A DNA stretch of 64,000 nt from Bispira polyomma (taxonomy: Eukaryota): NCBI GenBank assembly GCA_965649765.1, contig OZ287753.1, positions 73,532,001 through 73,596,000 on the forward strand, read 5' to 3'. Numbering within the stretch: the stretch's first letter is position 1; each line of letters opens with the position of its first letter. A program made the translations under genes and the position numbers. Positions 1 to 11,239 of the stretch are shown piece by piece. A model generated the notes under the pieces. That model was not told the origin of the DNA, searched no databases, and worked only from the letters and a program-made list of their open reading frames with translations.

Positions 1-999
1 AGATGGACCAGTTCTTTGAATAAAATTTTAGGTAGTCTGCTTGGGTATTCTAATGTACATCTTGTGGGAGCACACATTATTTCCCACCAGCTGCACTGTA
101 CCATGCTGAAGGTAAATGTTCATTCCGGAAGAACGTCAATATGGAAGGTTTAAATTTTCCTGATTTTTGTTCTAAACAGCATTATTGTTGATTAAGATGA
201 ACCATACTGATTGCTTCAGAATTTTAGTGCTGTGTCAGTTTCACCTGTGATTAACTTTGTGTCTCCATACTTAAGTCGATCAGGTAATCCGGGAAATGAG
301 CAGACGTTAGAGGTTGTTCCGTTAGACTCTTAACAATTATTTATTCGCATATTTTGAATGAGACAACTGCAAGGTTTCATTCAGCTTCTTCCATATATAA
401 AGACTTTTACTTTTACAACAAGTACAGTGTATGACTTTGTATTTTGTCCAGAGCAGAAGCGATTGGGTTCATACAGTCCAGATAATCTTCAGTGTTTCAG
501 TGAAATTTAAAAAAAAATAAAATATTTTATGCAAGGTTGTTGTCTATTTGATCCCTGTGTTCCTCAAACACCTTCAATAAAATGGACTGGTTTTTTGGAT
601 AAATTATATGCAGTCAGTTTGGGTATTCCAATGTTGTGGAAACACAAAGTTTTCCTCCTGCACTGTACAATGCTGAAGGTAAATGTTCATTCCGTAAGGA
701 CTTCATTATTATGAACTATATGTATGTCTTCCTTAATACCACTTGTCTCCATATCTTTTACAAGCGAATATCCATATTGCTTTACTTCAATTTCAAATAT
801 CTTTTCTTGTCTTAGTTATGTTACTGGCATTGTCTGTAAACAAAACTTGCAACTCTGCCGTTGTAGCGACGTTGAAGAGACTGCATAGCTGATGAGGCAG
901 CATCTTGAAGACACTCATTTATGTGTAAAGTTGACTTTAGGTGTGGACTGTCTCTGGTTCATGCCCTCTCCGGTTGTAACAGATACACTTACAACAGAT

Positions 1000-1400
1000 T
1001 CATTGAGAATAATACTCCAGCCATCCACTTGCCGTCTAGTGAATCCTGTACTTTGTTAATCATAGCGTGAAAGTGGTTTATAACCAGGTCTAAAGAGAGT
1101 GATGACGTTGATAAATTCTCGGATTTGATTACAGAGAATTGAGAGTTTGTCACATACACAACGCAAGAATTGCCTCTTGTGGTAGAAGGATCCACTGGCT
1201 TGAACCCCAAGGACTTCCCTGATTGCATTAATGGCCGGTAATTCAAAGTCAATCATTATCTTTTCTGGATCTGGATAGAGCTGCATACTGTGAGCCTTTC
1301 AGCATCTCTTTATAAATGGCTTGTGTTTTCTGCTGTAGGAGAACAGACAGAACTGACACTGCAGTTTTACCCAGAGGCACCCGTATAACATGTTCAATCC
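1000..1400 (-). mobile_element. Mutator/MULE transposase relic
   Basis: Minus frames give HVIRVPLGKTAVSVLSVLLQQKTQAIYKEML and PDPEKIMIDFELPAINAIREVLGVQASGSFYH, matching the MULE DDE core (IxDFExAxxNA...GCxFH); frameshifted. Confidence 0.75.
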
Positions 1401-1825
1401 TGTAGACACTTCTGTATCTGGCCCATTGTCATACATCAATTATTGTAATGATTTTCTACAATAAAAGTATATCATGATTATAATATCCATTATATTAATA
1501 TGTATTTTGGTTCTAGTTAATAAATTATAAAATACAAAATTAATAGAAGTACAACACTATAAAATGACATTAAAACCACTTTTCAAGACAAGCTAAATCT
1601 TGGCAATCTCCATTTTTGAGATGGGATCTGGGGTGCCTGGGACAGAACTTTGATACATTGACCAGTGGCTGCAAGGAAGTCTCATTGTTTTGGGACCATG
1701 CGATGCTTATTCATGGCCTCAAAATGCAGGTGGCTGTTGCTACAATGGCACACAACTTAAAACAGATTACTATTTTGCTAAATGGATACTTTTTAACAAG
1801 CTAAGTAGTAGTTAAAGAATATTAC

Positions 1826-2396
1826 TTACCAGTTTTCTGTGTGTGCTTTGTGAAGTCTCTGACTTTTTGCACAGCCCTAGCTGACATGTTTGTCCACTTT
1901 TTCTTCACTTTATCTTTGTCTCTACCTTCACCCACAGCATTTACAGCATCAGTAATGCTATCCCGGGCCTTTTTTTCACTATTAGTGATAGTATTACTGA
2001 GCTTTCCATTAAAAACATTGCTTCTCTTCAAAGATTCAGTGATTAGCACTTCTTCTTCTACATCACTTCAGTTCTGTGACCTTTTGTTGAGTTTGGACTG
2101 AGGAAATCCCTCTATTTTTACAAAAAAAATTTAATGTCTGCTATTACAAATGTAAACACAGAAAGTAATCATGTGACCACAGGTTTAATATAACAGTCAG
2201 TTTGATTGGCCTGTTGTTATTTTGGACCTTTGCCAACATTTCTAGATTTAAGTCTGTGCTGAGCAAAAAGCTCAGCTGAGCATGAGTCAAAATGTGTTTG
2301 ATAATACCACATTAAGCAAAAACATAGCTAAGTCAAAATCTCAGATTTGAGCTTTAGTCTTATTTTAAAATTAGGTGTTTTTCGAGAATATGGCCG
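1826..2396 (-). mobile_element. PIF/Harbinger fragment with Myb/SANT-like accessory ORF exon
   Basis: EVLITESLKRSNVFNGKLSNTITNSEKKARDSITDAVNAVGEGRDKDKVKKKWTNM...KTG followed by a GTAAG donor is Myb_DNA-bind_5/NAIF1-like. A Harbinger-type end GAGAATATGGCCG followed by CTG lies at ~2384-2399. Confidence 0.7.
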
Positions 2397-2949
2397 CTGT
2401 AGTACATGTTGTTGTGGAGTTATAATAGAGTTTGTCTTTTTCCACATGTCATCTTCCACACTCAGAAGAGTGCATTTCATCACTTGCTGGAATCACCATT
2501 TCCACTCACTACATGGATTGTTGACCATGCTTTACGGTTTTTCTGTAAGATGTACTCTGTCCTGTACAGAGTCATCTGTTTAAAATTGTGTACAAGTACT
2601 TGCAAGCAAGTTTATTCCATTTTAGCTTTCTAAATTGTAGAGCAATTTTTTACTCATATGAATTTTGAATCTGAGACATCACTAAGGCAAACATGAGCTT
2701 TGTGATTGAAATAATCACCACATAAGATGAATATTTCCTCATCAGATGATTTCTGGTGGATTATTCCGAGATCCTATACATATAGTGGATTTTCTTGAGA
2801 TTAATAGGAGGACAAATCAACCAGATTTATAAGCAACGTGGAATCTGCGTGAGCAACAAAATACTAATAAGTGCATTATATTTAAGTTCAGTATCAATAT
2901 AACTATGACCATTATTATATATTATTATTGTCTGGATATTTAACTGCTG

Positions 2950-3130
2950 AAGCCCGATTGCTTTGTCATGCACAAAATTGTCATAATCTAAGCACAAGGG
3001 AAACCTGAACAATACGTATTCTAAGATTATTGAGTGTGCTTCCACTACCCATTCATTAAAACTGGGGATTTCCAAATCTGTACTAACCAACATATCATAG
3101 GAGATATGTGCCAGAACCCCGTATCTTGAT
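2950..3130 (-). mobile_element. Probable DIRS-type pol N-terminal relic
   Basis: VSTDLEIPSFNEW...IILEYVLFRFPLCLDY resembles the pre-RT segment of the DIRS in this window (SGLNIQAWEDVL...LIQYIKFGFPLSL). Confidence 0.4.
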
Positions 3131-3249
3131 TTTTGATTAATTTTGACTTTTTGACCGTTTATGGTAATTGTCTCTTTGTGGTCTCCCTTTGTCAGCTGAC
3201 TCTATTCTTGCATTTACTTTTCTTATTGGAGGGTCTTCAAATTGTTGTT

Positions 3250-3385
3250 ATTTCTTCTGTGTTCTCTGTGCTTTTGCTATATCATATTTGGTGCAAGTTT
3301 GACACTCGTCTTTCTTTGGAACATAAAATGAATAATTGAATTCTTCATTAAATATTTTCCTGTACACAAAAGGAGAGGTGATATC
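3250..3385 (-). mobile_element. Sola-type DNA transposase fragment
   Basis: Minus frame SPFVYRKIFNEEFNYSFYVPKKDECQTCTKY matches the YxxIFxxxFNxxFxxPKKDxCxxC motif of Sola1-like transposases. Confidence 0.65.
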
Positions 3386-4419
3386 CGAGTTATTATTTTT
3401 TTTTTATATTTATATTTATATTTTTTTTTTCTTTTTCATATACAGATATATTTCACACATTGACATATACTGAGTGTTACACATAACAAAATAATGTTCC
3501 CACAACAAACTTTAAAAGGAAGAAAGACTTTTTGCATACAGATGTAATTGTGTACAGTACAATATTTAAATTTCTTGTTAATACTTGTTAATAATAGGTG
3601 TTGTGAAAAAAGATACACCATATTTTTCCTTTTATTGAAAATGCTTTCAGTTGAATTTATTTTTAACAAGTTCTTTTGTTTTGAATATGTACAGACAACG
3701 ACATTGATCTTTTGCCAGATTGCATCAGCGATACACATTTAAACCCGTCAAGTAGAACCCCTAGGGAACACAAAATTACTTCTATTTAACAAGGAATTCA
3801 AGGGGATTAATAGTAGTAGAGTAATGCAATAATTCTACACTATTCAAGAAGATAGTGTCGCCTTAAAGGGACCCCTAGAGCAAAACGTAGCAGCTTATTA
3901 GATGCTGACATGGTCACTATACTAAACAAAATTTGAAATGTTTTCAAAGGTTGACTTAAGAAGATATAATACCACTTCTGGTACCAATCAAGTAAACTCT
4001 TGTGTACTAACCTGGCCGCTATATGTTACTGCTCCAGCTCTTAAGCTTGTGTTGTTTACACTTCACAGAGCTGGCTCTAAACACTTGGTTAATACAACAA
4101 CCCACTAACTTTGTAGCCTGTTGTTGTAAAATGCCTCGACTGTCGATTAACAACAGCAAAGGCTGAGTATCTTTAGGCTTTCCAAAATGGTGCTCTTTCT
4201 TTGAATTTCTCAGTACGACTACCCCGATTCCAGGCTGTCCTTGACCTTCTATACCACTTCGAGGCTCTGCGGTTGGGGTTCGTACTAAAAGCCAAACCCC
4301 GGTTTCACTACACTTCTTCCCCTCATGAAAGGCCACATCAACAGCTCCTTGACTCTACATTATTTTACTTGGAAATACTAATTTTAAAGTTCATATAATT
4401 ATGTTATTGCAGCCACCTA

Positions 4420-4560
4420 GATTTACTTTTATTGCATTGTTCATAGATGATATAAACTTCATCTAAATTTACTTTTTATTTTACATTGTTCACAGATGAT
4501 CTAAACTTCATCTAAATTTACTTTTTGCTTTATATTGTCCATAGATGTTAAAATCTTCAC
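4420..4560. repeat. ~49-bp tandem repeat, ~3 copies
   Basis: ATTTACTTTT...ATTGTTCAyAGATGAT.TAAACTTCATCTAA recurs three times. Confidence 0.7.
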
Positions 4561-4801
4561 CAGGGTGATTACAATTTTAAATAAAAATAGCTATCTATAC
4601 TTTACAATTGTCCATAGCTTTCACCTGGGTGGTTACATACCTTCATCCACTACATTCTAGGCTGCAAGTTACACATTTTTCACCCTTACAAAATATACCC
4701 CCTGATTTTACTGAGGTTATCCCTAATCACCCTGGTTGCTCAGAACGCAGTACCATACTTGTTAAGTCGGTGCCGCTCCCTACCCCCTACAGATAGCCTC
4801 T

Positions 4802-5640
4802 TTACCTCAGTGAGTACAGCATTTTGGCGTTCCCAGAAGTAACACTGAGAACCTCCTCCACTGTACTCTGCTTTAACTCTGCTACCCTTCTTGCTATAAC
4901 TCCCACCCCGTAGCAAGTGTTGTAGGTACAGCTATAATGTTCTGGGGCTAACAGATGCGGGGAATCTGTTTCCAGCAGTATCTTTTCCAAAGGCAGTTCC
5001 TGTACTACCTGATCTACTTCGTGGTGTCGTGATGCACGCAATAATAACCTGGTAAATCCGAACAGTACCCAGGAAAATTTTCCTGCCATTTTTTCATCTC
5101 CTTCATTCCCCCTGTTATAACAATGTCTATGCACTTTATGCTTTTCGTCCTTTTCTTTAATTATGTCCGTCATCATGGCCAAACACAAATCACTGGCGTC
5201 CTGCGAGGTATTGAAATCTCGGCAATGGATCACTATCACCTTTGACCACAACTGTTTTTTGACATAAAATTAAGGAGTTCTCACAACAACTTGATTTGAT
5301 GTTCACGCCACCTGGAAAAACCATCGGTAAACTCCATTCCTATTTCACCAATCCCGACACATCGAAGATCCTTTTCAATGGAAGACTTTACAATCTCCAG
5401 CTTCTTTGGTGAAATAGACCTTGCTTGCTTTGGGTGCACGCCATATGTAAAGGATAGCCGATTGTCCCTCTTGAACACGATCATCTCTTCACAACTTGGT
5501 ATTTCAAAACAAAAGCTTGCTACTGCAGCTTTCAAGCGTACAGGCACTTCAGGCATAACACCCACCCGTAGTAAGTCGTCCAATCTGGTCATGCGTGTCA
5601 TTTCCTTAAGCTTGTCCATGTGCATATGCGAGTCAACAAA
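4802..5640 (-). pseudogene. TatD-family metal-dependent DNase domain, intronless, disrupted (C-terminal part of a larger element-borne ORF)
   Basis: FVDSHMHMDK, YGVHPKQA, CVGIGEIGMEF, VIVIHCRD, HRHCY, LPLEKILLETDSPHL and VTSGNAKMLY are all hallmark TatD motifs in order. In-frame TGA at 5281 and a frameshift near 5260. Confidence 0.88.
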
Positions 5641-7291
5641 TGGTATCTTTCATGACTCCGGACAGGTTTCCAAAGTTGACCTCCTTTGCTCCCAACTAAA
5701 CTCTGAGCAGGCTTTCCCAACATCTTTTATCCGAGGTGGCGGCTCTACTTTCTCAGCTGGAGGCTTCTGCAATACCTCTCTTTAAGATGGCTTTGCTTCT
5801 TCCCATGCTGTCTCCTCGTCCATGAAGATAATATGGAAGAACTGAGACTGTGTTAATTCTCCAGCCTTATACCGTCTTGACGTCTCCGAGGCAGTCATTG
5901 CAAAGGATGATTCACCTTGCTTGTACTTGGATGCCCCAGCTTCACTGTCATTAGGCCCAGCCTCAGGTTCTCCGTCACCTCCACATGGGTTACTGCAGAG
6001 TTTGCTTCTTTGGCTTCTGCATCTGCTTCACTGTCAGTTAAACCCAATGCCACACTTAGCTCACTGACAAGTGCATCAGTATCCATCAGCGCAGACTCAG
6101 CCTCAGCTGACGCACTTGGTCCTGGTTCTTTTTGCAGTGCTTGCTTTATAGCCTCTGCTACAGATTGTGTTAGTACTCTAGACAGCATGGATTTTGTCTT
6201 GCGAGTCTTGAGGTTGGCACCACTACCTTCTTTACAACAGTTGCCTCAAAAGGATCTTTTGTTTTAGCTGTCGCACCTGACATGTCTCCAATACGGACTT
6301 ATATTCAGAGTTTTTGGAGTTTTGACCTGTGCCTTGTCTTCCCCTACATGGTTTATCATGCAGGCTGCGACTCTCCAATGCACAAGCGAGGCTGTACAAT
6401 TTGGTGGACTAGGATTGGGAGTACACTTCAAATGACTTCCTGACAGCCAGAGTTCAAAATGATCCATTAGACGATAGTCGTCCTTTGATGTCTCGAGGTG
6501 CACTCGACAAGGATCCGGATACAACTTCTGCGTTTGAATTTTTTGAAGCAGTTCCTCATAGTTTCTACATTCCAACAGGTCCTGCATGGTTACCACGAAA
6601 CCTTCCAACGATGCCATCCTTTTGTCATCCGTCATTTCCCTTGCGGTATTAAAACCCTAAGGTAGGTGCTTCCCTATGACGTGTGCGCCTGAGGTTTTCC
6701 ACAACCCTTCATGAAACATGCAGGTATTTATTTCTTTTTAAAAGAGGGACCATCAGGCGTTTCCTCGTAAGGAGGACCTTTTCTCTTGACAGGCTGAACT
6801 TGGTTTCTGACAACATCCGACTCGCCACTTGGTCCTGTATCTTTCCCCACACCTTTTCTAGCTTTGGGTTTACACTTTGTAGGCTCGCCTGGCCCTGGTT
6901 TAGGTTTAAAATTCCTCTTCCTTGACCCAACGACTTGCCACTTTCCCTCAGCCCGCATTTTATATTGTCTTTTATCTTGCGGCTTTGGTGTAGGGAATAC
7001 CTTCTTATCTTGCTAAACATAAGACTTCCTTTTTCCAGCTTAAAACTCGGAATCCTCTTGTGCCGCTCAATAGACATTGCCTGGCGACACATTGCTTTTG
7101 CCCTTAGCTTTGGTTTGCACACTAGCTCCTGAGGTATGTCCCTGTGCTGGTTGCGTTTTTCTACTCTGGGTAGCCGACGTACTGGGGAGTTCTCGGTACT
7201 CTGGTGTTGGTGTCCCTAAAGCAGATGAAGGCGGGGCTGCTTGAACTCTAATATCCTTTAAACATCGTTCCATCAGCAGTGCCTGGTTAAT

Positions 7292-10200
7292 TGTAATTGT
7301 AATTAGACTTTTATTGTGCTTAATCTCCCCTTAACAAAGGGGACTCTAAGGCGCACCAGCACAAAAGACAGTTATCCAATTGCCAAAATCAAGGGACAGA
7401 AAAAAGGGTCAGCAACGTAGAGCGCGCCGGGGGATGATTGAAACTAAGGTGGATATGCTTTAGTGTACAAGTGGGTTTTAAGCTTCTTTCTAAAACAGGC
7501 TAGTGAGGGGGAAGCACGAATCACATGAGGGAGACCATTCCAAACAATGGGAGCATCAAAAGCAAAGCTGTGACCAAACTGTTTAACCGACTTTTGAGTA
7601 GATGAGTGGAACTTCGGAACAACAAGGAAATTACTACCACTCTGACTACGTCGGGTATTGTAGGAACTACTGTAAGTGGAAAGATATGGGGCAAAATACT
7701 TTGGAAACCCAGTGTGGAGAAACTTATAAACAAGTGTAGCTGTCTTAAACACTGAACGCTGTTCAACAGGGAGCCAATGCAATTTCTTCAGAACAGGAGT
7801 TATACTAGTGTATCGACTGGTGTTTGACACAATTCTAGCTGCACTATTTTGAATGCATTGTAATTTGTGTAAATTAAACTTTGAGAGACTCCTGAAAAGT
7901 GAATTGCAGTAATCCAGTCTACTACTGACAAAAGCATTGGCTACAAGTATAGAAGCATCATAAGTGAGAAACCGTCTGACACGTCTAAAGTCACGGAGTT
8001 GCATAAAACAGCTTTTGCAGACACTCTGAACGTGTTTAGAGAAAGAAAAGTCAGAGTCAAACCATACACCCAGGTTCTTGACAGAATCAGCTGGACTGAA
8101 AGGGCTACCCAAGATGTCAACTGGGAACAATGCTTTCAACTTATCCCTCTGTTGTTTTGAGCCAAAGATTATGAACTCAGTCTTATCGGGATTAAGTTTA
8201 AGTTTACCAGTTGACATCCACTCTTTCACATCGTCAAGGCACCTATTCAACTGTTCAAAGGCAGTAGATGTGTTTTTATGGGATAGGTGCACATAAATTT
8301 GGGTATCATCTGCATAAAAATGAAACTTTATACCTGTGTATTTGCCAATAACCAATCTAAGAGGGGAAGTGTATAATGAGAACAACAGAGGGCCCAAAAC
8401 AGAACCTTGAGGAACACCAAACAAGAGTTTACAAAGATCGGACAGAGTAGAGCCAATTTTTATCGACTGATAACGATCAGTTAAGTAGGAAGTGAACCAT
8501 TTAAGAACAGAGCCCCTAACTCCAAACCAAGTCTGAAGACAACTGAGAAGCGTGGAATGATCAATGGTGTCAGATGCAGCAGAGAGGTCAAGCAATACCA
8601 GGGCAGTAGGTTCCCCTCTTGACAAAGATAGGTGAACTTAATTTTTTATAGACAGGAGAGCTGTCTCAGTCGAATGACCAGTTTTATACGCAGACTGGTA
8701 TGGGTTGTCTAAGTCGTGGACAAAGATGTGATCTAACAGTTGCCTAGCAACCACGCATTCAACCAGTTTTGATATGAAACTAAGACCAGATACAGGGCGA
8801 TAATTCTTCAGGTCATCAACTGGAAGAGAAGCCTTCTTAATAAGAGGAGTAACCACAGCTGTTTTAAAACCATCAGGTACATGTCCCTCCGTAAGTGAGC
8901 AGTTTACAAGCTTTGTAATGGATGGTAGTAATATATCACTACATTCTTTAATAAGAGATGTTGGCCATGGATCCAACATGCAGGATTTTGTAGGCGAGTT
9001 ACTTATTATTTTACTAACATCATCTTCGGAGACTCTGGTAAAGGCAGTAATTTCTGGGGGATCAGAAAGAGGATGAACATCAATTTTAGTTCCAGAGACA
9101 ACAAAAGTATCTCTAATTCTCTTAATTTTGTCCAAAAAAAAGGAAGCAAACTTATGAGCTAGTGATTTATCCGAATTATGGGACGGGAGTGCCACATTGG
9201 TATCCATATTAAGGGTCTTGCGCAGTTCGTGCCACAGCTTCCTGGAGTTGTGACTGTTGTCAGAGATAAGCTTGCTGTAATACACCGACTTATCCTCGTT
9301 AACAAGTACATTGCACCGAGCAATCTGGCGACGTAGTCAACTTCTATTTAATGGATTCTTGGCCCTTCGCCAAGTTCTTTCATATTGGCGCCTGAGAGAT
9401 TTTGCCCGTCGGTAAGAATCAGAGAGCCAATGCACAGAATCTTTCTTTGACATTCTGGATACAAGTGGTGCATGCTTATCTAGTACATCACCCAAGTCAT
9501 GTATGTATTGTTCATAAAGTTTGGCTACAGAATTGGCAGGTGACTTAATAAAGGAAGTACTCTCAAGATCAGTACGGAGGTCAGACATGTTAATACGGTG
9601 GTACCTCCTATAATGCACTGTATTAGGTATGTGAGCCACCTGTGGGGGAGAGGCAATTGAGCATTTGACTAATGCATGATCCGATATGAAATCACAGACT
9701 TTGACATCCACAATAGCATCCTGATCACAAGGAGATAAAATAAGGTTCAGAATGTGACCATGCAGATGGGTAGGTTGTCTAATTGACTGTTTTAAATCGC
9801 ATGAATCAAGAAAGGTCATAAATTTATGACCGTCACCAACTGGTGCATCAACACGGATGTTAAAGTCACCACAGATATGATATGAACTGTTAATGGAAGA
9901 CAAGAAACCAACAAATGACATAAATTCTTCTAAAAATTTACAGGTACATGATCCTGGGGGGCGATAGACGCAGGCAAGCAACAGTGAGCGGCCATGAAGC
10001 CCAATTGATACCACCATATTTTCAAAGGACTGATAGACAGGAGAATCTATTTTATGTGGTTTGTAGGAGGCTCTGATGAAGAAACCAACACCGCCACCAA
10101 TACGTGAGGGACGAGGCGTTTGAGGAAACACAAAATCTGGAGGAGTAACAGACCGTAGGAAGCTATCCGTATCAGATAGACGGACATGGGTCTCTGTAAC

Positions 10201-11239
10201 ACAAAGGAAGTCGAGGTCGTGCGATGTCACAATATCTGCAAGGAGTGGACCCTTGTTCCTCACGGATCTAGCATTTAACACCCCGAGCATGACAGGACCA
10301 GGGTTAAGGGACACATCTCCGGCGAGTAAAAGTAACAAGACAAGACCTCTTCCATTAATGGTGGTAGGAAATTTACGACAAGAACAAGTGTATGAAAATT
10401 TTTTTGCAACTTTAGCCAATGAGGTTGCTGATGTATGAGCAACACTGTGATGCAACAACTCATACCTATGAGCCATAGCCACAGCAAACAGTGCTGAAAA
10501 AAGGACAACCCAAAGCAGAAACATGCCTAGTGAGGTTGTAGAAAAAGAAGAAGCCCTTAAACTGAACTCAACAATGGGGAGCCTCAGAAAGCTTGTCCCT
10601 ACAACTCACCGCACAATTCTTCGTCCCGTGGGCGACTCACGGGCACCCTAGCACCCCACACTATAGCCTGACCTTAAGCTAAGTACAACCACACCAACAT
10701 GTAGCAACAAAAGATGAGACAATAATTATATTGGTAATTTTAGAATATAGAACAACAAAATGAGACAAGAATCAATGTAAAAGGGGTAGAAAAATCATAA
10801 ATAGTAATAAATAAATGTACAGATATAGGCAAAAATTTACAATATAGAACAGCAAAATGAGACAAAAATCAATGTAAAAGGGGTAGAAATATCAAAAATA
10901 GTAATAAATAAATGTACAGATATCGGCAAAAACCACGACCTTATTACAAAATATTATGGTACAGTAGAGGACGGCCCACTCCCGCCAAACGAAGTGGGCG
11001 ATAATCGGGTACTATGGTTTCTTGCTAAAATTCACAATCCAAAACAGCAAAATTACTCAAATTTAATGTAAAAATGGTAGAAAAACATGAATAGTAAGAA
11101 ATAAATGTGGAAATATAGCCCAAACCGACGATCTTTTACAAAGTTTTATGGTGTTTTTTTCGTAGCGGTCTTCCCCCGGTACACGCTAATCATAATATTA
11201 AATGGTTCCACCCTGTTTGAAGGATGTAATACCCTGGTT
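7292..11239 (-). mobile_element. Near-intact single-ORF L2/CR1-group LINE (APE + RT)
   Basis: ORFs 10524-9337, 9285-8638 and 8625-7444 are one frame with two point stops. APE motifs (LNARSV, VTETH, VYRPPG, GDFN, SDH) and RT motifs (QSAY, DLSAAxD, VPQGSVLGPLLF, YADD). L2-type 3' stem-loop with (ATTACA)n tail at ~7290-7350; ATTAA duplicated at both junctions. Confidence 0.93.
10735..11140. repeat. ~97-bp repeats in LINE 5' UTR (two tandem copies plus one diverged copy)
   Basis: AATGAGACAArAATCAATGTAAAAGGGGTAGAAA...TAAATAAATGTACAGATAT at ~10759 and ~10856; diverged copy at ~11040-11130. Confidence 0.8.

Noticed and set aside
2400-2800. Possible LINE or other coding relic
   Set aside because: No motif I could confidently identify in any frame.
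4802-5640. Functional host TATDN gene or bacterial contamination
   Set aside because: Intronless, disrupted, fused to a long eukaryote-like low-complexity ORF, interrupted by an animal LINE and embedded in animal repeats.
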